In this document: one piece after another, positions 18,604-26,084 of the stretch | Layout: the number at the start of each line of letters is the position of its first letter | Position numbering within the stretch: the first letter of the stretch is position 1 | Origin: Pseudomonadota bacterium | Lineage (GTDB): Bacteria; Bdellovibrionota; UBA1018; CAIMNF01 | Assembly (NCBI GenBank): GCA_027491115.1 | Contig: JAIXWV010000016.1 | Span: 10,657-74,656 of the forward strand | Reading direction: 5' to 3' | DNA length: 64,000 nucleotides | Position numbers and translations under genes: made by a program | Notes under the pieces: model-generated | Database searches by the model: none | Seen by the model: the letters and a program-made list of their open reading frames with translations, nothing else | Told to the model about the DNA's origin: nothing

Positions 18604-20306
18604 CCTGAAACGTTCTCGAAGCGTCCGTCGATCCCGGCCTGAAGCAGGGTGGGGTTGCGGAGCAGAGCTTCGACAATCAATTCTCGATGAATGCCGGGCG
18701 TGGAGTTCACCTCCACGCCCGCAAGCATTTTATAGCCGCTACCACCGGCAGCCAGGAAGTCGAGAGTCGCCATGCTGAAGGTCTCCGTGCCAGCGACTTC
18801 AATGGATTGGGCGCGATCGTAGAGGAGTCTTCCGGAGCGGGTTTCCACTCGAATGAGGCGCGCTTCCGGGTCGAGATCCCTGGCTTGCGGGCCGTTCCCG
18901 CAGGCCCGCGAATAGCGGATTTTGAGGCCACTCAGAGCGAGCGTCCCGTAGCGTCCGCAAGTTTGGATGGCGGTTTCGAGCGCTGACTTCAAGATCGACC
19001 ACGGCATTTTCCGGATGATCACCGCCTGGTTCTGGAAGGGGAGCACACGGAACAGGTCCTCGTAACGTATCTCTCCGGCAGGAAGGGGTGCCCGGATGCC
19101 TCCGGTGTTCAAGAGGGCCAGTTCGGTGCCGAGGGCGTCACGGAGGGCATCGCTCAGCAGGTTCCCGAGTGCGCTCTCTGATATCCGGTTCCCTTGGGTT
19201 TGGGTTGCCAGTTTGCCGAGCTTGCGGTCAGCCAATGGCGCAACCTTGGCGCGTGCGCTTTTCACAATGGTCTCGACAGCCGGATCCGGTGCGATTTGAT
19301 CCGTGATGGAGATCCCCACGGAGGCTTTCGAGTCACTCTGGATCACGGTTCGGGTATCCGGGTCGAAGATGAGGTCCACGCGGCCGTAGGCCTTTCCGTT
19401 CGCGCCGTCCTGAACCACATGGACCCCTCCTGCGAGATCATCGTGCACGAAGTGAGTGTGTCCGGCCGCCACCAGATGAACGCCGTCCGCACGCCGGGAG
19501 TGGATCGCCTCGGCGAGCTCGGAGGCTTCCTTGCTGTTCTTCGCATTTCCTTGATGGATCATGAGTACGAATACGTCCGCCTGGCCTTCGAGCGAGGCAC
19601 GCACCTCAAGATAGGACTCCAGCACGTCCCGGAAACAGAGATCGCTGACGTTCTCAGGAGTGGTCATGGAGGCGGTCGCAGGATGATCGAGTCCGATCAG
19701 CGCCACACGGACGCCACCTTTTTCAAGGATCACATAAGGCTTCAGAAAGCCGGGGCGTTCGGCGTGAGTGAAGTCCAAGGGCTCCGTTGGAGTCTGATTG
19801 CTCGGCCGGCATTGGCTGTCGAGGGGAATCGCGCGGTTCCCGGCACGGATACTGGATTTGATATAGGTGTTGGCCGAAAGAAGGGGAAACTTTGCGATGC
19901 CGGAGAGTTTCTCGATCACTTCGCGAGGATTGTCGCTCGTGTTTCCGGGTGAAACTTTGTCGTAGAGCCAGCCGATCGGACCGAAATCGTAATCGTGATT
20001 CCCCGGGACAGCGGCATCGTAACCGATCGCATTCATGGCGCGGAAAAGACTTTCGCCCTCGTCGTAGTTGCTGATCAGCGTGCCTTGGAATTGGTCTCCG
20101 GAATCGAGGATGAAAAGGGGAGACTCTTTCCGGATTTCCTGGGCGATGGTGCTCAAGCGGGACAGTGGCTCGAGACTCCCGTGCAGATCGTTGGTCAGAA
20201 GAAAGGAGATCTTCTTCGGTGGAGCCGCATGGGAGAGTGTGGAGCACAGCAAGCCAAGGGTCAGGCAAAGAGAGAGGGTGGATCCAAGATTCATGCGGCG
20301 CATCAT
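18597..20306 (-). CDS. bifunctional metallophosphatase / 5'-nucleotidase
   Basis: TNDLHG, LDSGDQFQG, GNHDYD, AGHTH, NTGGIRA, LPFQN. Confidence 0.93.
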   Translation of the reverse strand: MMRRMNLGSTLSLCLTLGLLCSTLSHAAPPKKISFLLTNDLHGSLEPLSRLSTIAQEIRKESPLFILDSGDQFQGTLISNYDEGESLFRAMNAIGYDAAVPGNHDYDFGPIGWLYDKVSPGNTSDNPREVIEKLSGIAKFPLLSANTYIKSSIRAGNRAIPLDSQCRPSNQTPTEPLDFTHAERPGFLKPYVILEKGGVRVALIGLDHPATASMTTPENVSDLCFRDVLESYLEVRASLEGQADVFVLMIHQGNAKNSKEASELAEAIHSRRADGVHLVAAGHTHFVHDDLAGGVHVVQDGANGKAYGRVDLIFDPDTRTVIQSDSKASVGISITDQIAPDPAVETIVKSARAKVAPLADRKLGKLATQTQGNRISESALGNLLSDALRDALGTELALLNTGGIRAPLPAGEIRYEDLFRVLPFQNQAVIIRKMPWSILKSALETAIQTCGRYGTLALSGLKIRYSRACGNGPQARDLDPEARLIRVETRSGRLLYDRAQSIEVAGTETFSMATLDFLAAGGSGYKMLAGVEVNSTPGIHRELIVEALLRNPTLLQAGIDGRFENVSGQ

Positions 20307-20390
20307 ACTTCAGACCGAGTCAACGGTCAAGGCCTTGAAAACATTGGAGTTAGGGGTCAATCAGGGCAAAAAGGTAAAGAAAACGGACAG

Positions 20391-22196
20391 ATGAGCCGAA
20401 AAGAACCTGTCATGACAGACTCCAATTCAGACTCACCCTCTTCCGCTCACAAGATTCTCGAGATCTCGCCGGTCACGTCCAGTGAAGGCGGCGACTCGCA
20501 AGGTGACCTCATCAGTCGGATGAAGCGTGAGATCAAGACTCTGAAGGGCAAAGTGACCTCTCAGGACATCCGCATTTTTGAAATGCAAGCCCTCCTTCAA
20601 TCCGGCAAGGGCCTCAGTAACATTCTCAATCTTCCGCAGCTCCTCGACACCTTCATGGCCGTGGTCCGCGAACGCTATGACGTGGTGAACTCCAGTGTGC
20701 TGCTCAAAGAGGATTTCGAAAACGGAGAGCGCGAGTTCTTCCAGATGAAGCGCTACTTCGGGGTCGACGACCATTATGAAGACGATACCGGGCGCCGTGA
20801 ACCGCTTTATTTGTTCAGGATCGAGAAAAACAACGGATTGCTCTGGCAGTTGATCCAGCAAGGAAATGTGTTCTCGGTTCGGAACCTCCAAAAGGAGCCT
20901 CGGTTTATCACGGCCTGGGAAAAGCACAATCTCGATGCGCTCCATTCGGATTTTTGGTGCCCGCTGATCAAGAGCGGCGAGGTGATCGGCATTCTCACGC
21001 TCGGCGAGCGTCGGGATGGAACCCAGATCCCGGAGAGTGATTATTCCTTCGTCCAGGAGCTGGCCTCGATCGCCACGACCATCATCGACTCGACACTCAG
21101 GTACGAGAAGAACCAACGCATCCTGAACAACATCCAGATCCTTTACGAGTTCCATCAACAGATGGCGGGAATCACCGACATCCGCGAGCTTTGCAAGCAA
21201 ACCATTCGTGATGCCGTCAAAGCAGTCCGTGCCCAAAAGGGTAATCTCATGCTGCTCAATCGCAACACCGGGAAGCTCGAGCTTGCGGTGGCCTGGGGCC
21301 ACATCGACGAGGCGATCCTGGATGACATCAATTCAGGCAAAATCGGGACCAAGCATTTCGAGCTCGGAGAAGGTGCCGCCGGAAAGGCAGCCCAATCCCG
21401 TAAGCCGATCGTGCTCAACAACAAAGACGAGATCGATCAGATCGGTGATTTCGAGACCCATTGCATTTGTTCGGTTCCTGTTCTGAACGGTGGACAACTC
21501 GAAGGTGTGCTCAATTTTTCAAACAAAGTGCACATCGGAGTCGATGGGAAGCCGGTACTCGACATCCTCGGACGCTTCACCCGCGAGGATCTGAGTCTCT
21601 TGCAGGGGATCGCGGACCAGTCTGCGGTGAGTATCCACAAGTCGAGACTGTACGCCGCTTCGATCACGGACCGGCTCACCGGGTTGAACAACGCTCGGTA
21701 TTTCGAAGAGTCCTACTACGAGTTGGTGGGCAAGGCGGTGCTCGAAAACAAGCCGCTGACTCTTGCACTGCTGGATATCGATCACTTCAAAAAATTCAAC
21801 GACACTTACGGACACAAGGCCGGCGATCACGTTCTGCGGTCGGTGGGACAGCTGTTCGCAGCCTGCAGGCGTGAGGGCCTGGGGGACATCGCCTACCGCT
21901 ATGGAGGCGAAGAGTTTTGCATGATTCTACAGAACACCCCGGTCGAGGAGGCCTTGCTGGTGTTCGAGGCCTTCCGGCAGCAGGTGGAGTCGCATGAATT
22001 CGAGTTCGAAGGCAAGCAGCTCAAGGTGACCGTGTCGATCGGGCTCGCCCAGACGGGGCTCAATTCCAACGATCCTCGCACCCTCTTCACCCTGACGGAC
22101 GATGCCCTATATGATTGCAAGCGAGGCGGACGGAACTGTGTGACGATCTCCAAACGCACCGGTGTGGTCGGTACTCCGGAATCCGAGTCCGCTTGA
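20391..22196 (+). CDS. GAF-GAF-GGDEF diguanylate cyclase
   Basis: Two GAF-like segments; TDRLTGLNN, DIDHFKKFNDTYGH, RYGGEEF; start 20391 or 20412 (track ORF is over-extended). Confidence 0.92.
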   Translation: MSRKEPVMTDSNSDSPSSAHKILEISPVTSSEGGDSQGDLISRMKREIKTLKGKVTSQDIRIFEMQALLQSGKGLSNILNLPQLLDTFMAVVRERYDVVNSSVLLKEDFENGEREFFQMKRYFGVDDHYEDDTGRREPLYLFRIEKNNGLLWQLIQQGNVFSVRNLQKEPRFITAWEKHNLDALHSDFWCPLIKSGEVIGILTLGERRDGTQIPESDYSFVQELASIATTIIDSTLRYEKNQRILNNIQILYEFHQQMAGITDIRELCKQTIRDAVKAVRAQKGNLMLLNRNTGKLELAVAWGHIDEAILDDINSGKIGTKHFELGEGAAGKAAQSRKPIVLNNKDEIDQIGDFETHCICSVPVLNGGQLEGVLNFSNKVHIGVDGKPVLDILGRFTREDLSLLQGIADQSAVSIHKSRLYAASITDRLTGLNNARYFEESYYELVGKAVLENKPLTLALLDIDHFKKFNDTYGHKAGDHVLRSVGQLFAACRREGLGDIAYRYGGEEFCMILQNTPVEEALLVFEAFRQQVESHEFEFEGKQLKVTVSIGLAQTGLNSNDPRTLFTLTDDALYDCKRGGRNCVTISKRTGVVGTPESESA

Positions 22197-22292
22197 CGCC
22201 TGTCTGAAGTTTAGACACTTTGGGTTCCTGGCGGGTGGGGGACCTGTTTGTCGATTGGTTGAAAACACAGGCTTTTTGCTCCGCGTTAGTCT

Positions 22293-22308
22293 TGGCATGT
22301 CGCTTGCT
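22293..22308 (+). promoter_or_regulatory. sigma54 promoter
   Basis: TGGCAT-gtcgc-TTGCT; palindrome TGTCT-N7-AGACA at 22201-22217 is a possible enhancer site. Confidence 0.75.
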
Positions 22309-22318
22309 TTCTATAGGA

Positions 22319-22408
22319 AGCAGAAGCGGCCGAACCCCCCTAACCCCCTCAAAAGGCACGCTTTTTCGGGCCCGATCTCCCCCCCTGGGATCGGGCCCAT
22401 TCTTTTTT
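22319..22408 (+). ncRNA. candidate sigma54-dependent sRNA with C-rich loops
   Basis: Hairpin 22323-22364 with loop gaacccccctaaccccctcaaaa; 12-bp terminator stem 22368-22398 with C-rich loop and T-run. Confidence 0.6.
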
Positions 22409-22411
22409 CCA

Positions 22412-22440
22412 TTGAAAGATCCCTCCGAATCCTCGACTCT
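22412..22440 (+). promoter_or_regulatory. putative sigma70-type promoter of the histone gene
   Basis: TTGAAA-N17-GACTCT, 33 nt before the ATG. Confidence 0.5.
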
Positions 22441-22473
22441 GTGGTTCTCTCAAAAAAGGAAAGGGAATGAACC

Positions 22474-22674
22474 ATGACCGAAGGTACTCCTGAAAAAGAA
22501 GTGTTGATTGTCGCGTCCAAGCTGAAGAACTACATCCGGACCAAGTCTGGAATGAATACTTCCGCTGCGGTGGTGGATGTTCTCTCGGACAAGATTCGGG
22601 AACTCTGCGACCAAGCAGTGGAAGCCGCCCGCCGTGACGGTCGTAAGACCGTGATGGATCGCGACTTCGGCTGA
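22474..22674 (+). CDS. bacterial histone (Bd0055/HBb-like histone-fold protein)
   Basis: EVLIVASKLK.YI..K.GMNTSA..VDVLS..I.ELC..AVE.A..DGRKTVM.RD matches Bdellovibrio Bd0055 as I recall it; RKTV..RD is the histone-fold L2/alpha3 signature. Confidence 0.93.
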   Translation: MTEGTPEKEVLIVASKLKNYIRTKSGMNTSAAVVDVLSDKIRELCDQAVEAARRDGRKTVMDRDFG

Positions 22675-22701
22675 ACCGTCGCTATCAAAAACATTCAATC
22701 T

Positions 22702-22743
22702 GGAAGCCCCGTCACCTGATCAAGGAACGGGGCTTCCTTTTTT
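22702..22743 (+). terminator. intrinsic terminator of the histone gene
   Basis: ggaagccccgt...acggggcttcc followed by T6. Confidence 0.88.
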
Positions 22744-22754
22744 CAGCGTTCGAT

Positions 22755-23162
22755 TTACCAGTGAAGAGTCTTTTTCACTTCAGGGTGGAGCGAGAGTGCC
22801 ACCGGGCAAGCCATCGCCGAACGCTTCAGAGATTCCATTTGTTCGGGAGTGGTTCGGGTCTCGAGTCCGTTCCAGTCGAACTCGAGGACGATCTCAGCAA
22901 CTCGTCTGGGCGGAGCGGGACTCATGATTTTGGTGATCCCGACACCGACCCCACTCAGATCGATGCCCAAGGCCTTGGCTTTGATACCCATGATGGTGAG
23001 TTTGCAGGTGGCCAAACTGGTGCAGAGGAGGTCGGTCGGAGAAAACTGCGACCCTTGACCTTGATTGTCTTTCGGTGCGTCCGTCAGGATGCGGGTTCCT
23101 GAATCCGCGTGATCGGTTTCACAGCGTAGGGTTCCTAGGTAGCGGGCGTTCATTTTCGACAT
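22755..23162 (-). CDS. OsmC family protein
   Basis: TDAPKDNQGQG..FSPTDLL..SLATC, ACPV..SLHP. Confidence 0.92.
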   Translation of the reverse strand: MSKMNARYLGTLRCETDHADSGTRILTDAPKDNQGQGSQFSPTDLLCTSLATCKLTIMGIKAKALGIDLSGVGVGITKIMSPAPPRRVAEIVLEFDWNGLETRTTPEQMESLKRSAMACPVALSLHPEVKKTLHW

Positions 23163-23175
23163 GGTTCCTCCTGAT

Positions 23176-24774
23176 TCAGGGTGATTCACACAAAAGCAAA
23201 GTCGGGTTGCGCTCGATCAGGCGATATCCCTCACGAATGCATTCTGTTTCCCTCCAGACCGGCGTGATCCGGAATCGAGCAGGGCGATCCTGGCAGCGGT
23301 TCTGAGCGTACTCCGGAGCGAGGGCGAGACTCAGGGTTGCGGAGAGTGGGCCTGAGTACTGGATGCAGGAATCAGCGGGATGTGCCTTGCTCCGGATCGT
23401 GCTTGCCACATCGAAAAAGGGCTTCACCATCAGTTGGTCTGCGATGGGAACCAGTGCGATGGCGACGCCTGCGTAGGCGAGGGTCGCCGCAAAAGCCGTT
23501 TTGGCAGGACTCCGAGTGAGAGTGCGTCTGAGAGTCTGGAACGAAAAGCACGAAAGCGCGGTGACCAGCAAGGCGATCTTGGAGCTCCAATCTAACGGAA
23601 ACACGCTGCCGATCCAGTTCCGGCCTTGGGGGCTGTCGGGAAGACTCTGCAGAAACAATCCGGGAGCGATCGCGAGCAGCAAGGCGAGGGTGCCGATCAG
23701 GAATACCGGCGCTGACAAGAGAAAGCCGACTCGGCGCTCAGGGATGAGTTTCGAGGATTCGATCTCAGGCAGGCTGACCAGTTTTGCAGTGAACAGGGCC
23801 AGGGCCGCCCAGGCGGGCCAAGTGTAGTGAGGGAGTTTGGTGGCGGAGAGTGTGAAAAGCAGAGCGCAAGTCAGAGCGAAAGTGAGCGAAAAGCCCCAAC
23901 GTAGCAGGTCCGGCTTTTTGCGGAACCATTGGTAGCCGAGCAAGGGGGTTAAAAAGCCTCCTCCAAAAAACAGAACGGCGAAGTGATAGACGGGCCCACC
24001 CCCGTGTGCCTCCATCGGGTTTCGGCTCCGGTCGAAGTGCTGGACCCACAAAAACTCCCGGGTGAAATCCGGCCCGAGCATTTTGTCATAAACGAGATAC
24101 ACCAACGCGGTCAGGGCCAGGCCCGGGAGAATGGCAAAGCCGAGCATCTTGAACCCTTCGGTCAGTACTCTTCTGATTCCCCATCGCCTGATGTGAAACA
24201 ACAGGTGAAGCCCGAGAGCTCCGGTGGGAATCAGGAGGCCGTTCAATCCCTTGGTGGCCGAGGCGATCGCCATCGATACCGCGACGATCAGGCCTTCCTT
24301 CCAGCTCGGACCGCGATCTTGCTCGAACCATTCCGCCGGAAAAAACAAAGCGGGGAGCAGAGCCAGGGATTGCAAGGGATCGAAAATCACCGCGACACCG
24401 GTCAGGAGGGGAAAGAGTCCACACAGAAATGCGAGCGTCGCATGCTTGCCCCCTTTGCGATGGAGCCACCACAAAATTCCGAGGCTCGAAAGGAGAGACG
24501 GAATCCGTGCGGCAGTGGAGCTGATCAGGGTTCCGGCTCCGTCGACCAAACGGCTCGCTGCCACCATCAACCAGTAGAGAACAGGAGGCTTGTGATAGAG
24601 GGGTTTCCCGTCCCATTCCAGAAGCCAAGGGTTTCCGGAAAGTTTCATTGCCGAGGCCACGCTCCGGTAGAGGGATTCGTCGAAGTCAAAAGTCGGGGCC
24701 CGGTACAGGGTCCAGATCCAGAGAGCGCCAGCCAAGAGCAGGGCGGCCTGACCCGCATTCAGTCTACCGGGCAT
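23176..24774 (-). CDS. ArnT/PMT-family (GT-C) glycosyltransferase
   Basis: DFDESLY, HKPPVLYW, ARIPS, ATKG, TKLPHY; multi-TM. Confidence 0.88.
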   Translation of the reverse strand: MPGRLNAGQAALLLAGALWIWTLYRAPTFDFDESLYRSVASAMKLSGNPWLLEWDGKPLYHKPPVLYWLMVAASRLVDGAGTLISSTAARIPSLLSSLGILWWLHRKGGKHATLAFLCGLFPLLTGVAVIFDPLQSLALLPALFFPAEWFEQDRGPSWKEGLIVAVSMAIASATKGLNGLLIPTGALGLHLLFHIRRWGIRRVLTEGFKMLGFAILPGLALTALVYLVYDKMLGPDFTREFLWVQHFDRSRNPMEAHGGGPVYHFAVLFFGGGFLTPLLGYQWFRKKPDLLRWGFSLTFALTCALLFTLSATKLPHYTWPAWAALALFTAKLVSLPEIESSKLIPERRVGFLLSAPVFLIGTLALLLAIAPGLFLQSLPDSPQGRNWIGSVFPLDWSSKIALLVTALSCFSFQTLRRTLTRSPAKTAFAATLAYAGVAIALVPIADQLMVKPFFDVASTIRSKAHPADSCIQYSGPLSATLSLALAPEYAQNRCQDRPARFRITPVWRETECIREGYRLIERNPTLLLCESP

Positions 24775-25519
24775 CGGGAATCCGGGTCAGGATCACCCGG
24801 AACCTCATTTGCAAAACCCGCAGGAACATCTCGATGCCGTCTTTCAGTGGACTGATCCGGCTGCCCTCCTGGTGTTCCCAGTCGACCGGAATTTCACGGA
24901 TGCTTAGTCGAGCCTTCACGGCAAATAACAAAAGCTCCACGTCCCAGGCGAATCGTCTGACTTTGAGGAGGGGTAAAAATCGAATGAGGCTCGGACGGTG
25001 GAGTAGTTTGAATCCACACTGGGTGTCTTTGAAGGGGAGTCCGGTCACCAGGCGGACGGCGAGATTGAACAGTCGACCGAGGTTTTCTCTGAGGCTCGAC
25101 TGGCGTACCGCACGGTGGCTCTCGGGAAGATCGCGTGAGCCCATGGCGATCTCACATAAGGTCTCTTCGTTGCGGAGGCAGGCATCTTTCAATTTGGTAA
25201 ATTGGTTCCAGGGAGTTGCCGAATCAGCGTCTGCAATGAGACACCACTCACCTTGTGCTTCCCGGAGCCCAACGTGAATCGCATTTCCTTTGCCCTGATT
25301 CGGGCTCACTCGTACGACTCGAACCTCGGGCAGGAGGTCGCGTGCTTTTTCAGAAACGGCTGCGGTGCTGTCCTTCGAGCCATCATCAATGATGAGGATC
25401 TCGATCAAATTCACTCCCGAAAACACCTGTGACTCCTTAGCTTGTTGGAGGAGTTCGAAAGTACGAGGTAGTCGAGCGGCTTCATTGTATGCCGGCAGGA
25501 CCAGGGACAGGGTTTTCAT
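24764..25519 (-). CDS. polyprenyl/dolichyl-phosphate glycosyltransferase (GT2)
   Basis: LPAYNEAARL, DDGSKD, NQGKG, DAD, GSR, DTQCGFKL, FAWDVELL. Confidence 0.92.
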   Translation of the reverse strand: MKTLSLVLPAYNEAARLPRTFELLQQAKESQVFSGVNLIEILIIDDGSKDSTAAVSEKARDLLPEVRVVRVSPNQGKGNAIHVGLREAQGEWCLIADADSATPWNQFTKLKDACLRNEETLCEIAMGSRDLPESHRAVRQSSLRENLGRLFNLAVRLVTGLPFKDTQCGFKLLHRPSLIRFLPLLKVRRFAWDVELLLFAVKARLSIREIPVDWEHQEGSRISPLKDGIEMFLRVLQMRFRVILTRIPDAR

Positions 25520-25575
25520 GCTAAAATATTGGAATTACTCAGTAAAAAAATAAAGCGATTTCTTTGAAATATTAG

Positions 25576-25604
25576 TTGACCGAAACGGTTGCCTATGTGA
25601 TTCT
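25576..25604 (+). promoter_or_regulatory. putative sigma70-type promoter
   Basis: TTGACC-N17-GATTCT with TG extension and an AT-rich upstream tract. Confidence 0.55.
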
Positions 25605-25621
25605 GGTTTCACGGAGGACGT

Positions 25622-25705
25622 ATGAGAGAAAACGCAGCACGTAAGCTGTCTCAATACGCGAAGGACGAAAAGGAAGAGGTCCACTGCGCGGGGCCACCAC
25701 GCTAG
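25622..25705 (+). CDS. 27-aa small ORF MRENAARKLSQYAKDEKEEVHCAGPPR
   Basis: GGAGG RBS just upstream of the ATG; below the ORF-track cutoff; translation unproven. Confidence 0.4.
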   Translation: MRENAARKLSQYAKDEKEEVHCAGPPR

Positions 25706-25903
25706 TGACCGCATGAGTGAGCTACCAGGCGTCGGTAGACCTCATGAACCGCTGTGTCAGGCCTGGCCGGGTCAGACAGCTGCGGCTCAAGTTCGAAAAA
25801 CTGAATAGTGATGCGAGGGGGACTCCAAGGGTAGGGAGCCGATAGAATAAACAACTGGCGATGATCCACCCCAACCCCCCTGAATAGTAGTCGTGATGAC
25901 TCT

Positions 25904-25936
25904 AAGGGCCCGGACCGATGTCCGGGCCCTTTTTTT
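25904..25936 (+). terminator. intrinsic terminator
   Basis: aagggcccggac-cgat-gtccgggccctt followed by a T-run. Confidence 0.92.
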
Positions 25937-26084
25937 GTTTTGGCAATACCTGTAAGTTATTGAAATCACGATTTTTGACGCCCCACTGAATTCCCAAGAC
26001 CAGCGCTTGCCTTTTCCCGCCATTTAAGGGAAAACTTCCCTCGGATAGGGTGTCATTTTTTTAGCACCATTGGGGGACTGCATC

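Larger units (their letters stand above)
25611..25936 (+). ncRNA. candidate structured RNA (~330 nt), possibly dual-function
   Basis: Lies between a promoter and a strong terminator; several hairpins; no long ORF on this strand. Confidence 0.5.

Noticed and set aside
19995..20390. N-terminal extension of the diguanylate cyclase given by the ORF track
   Set aside because: Overlaps the divergent 5'-nucleotidase gene; the true start is likely 20391 or 20412
25740..25790. SRP RNA (CATGAACC...GTCAGG resembles the Bacillus scRNA)
   Set aside because: The conserved GGAA tetraloop and AGCAG of helix 8 are absent
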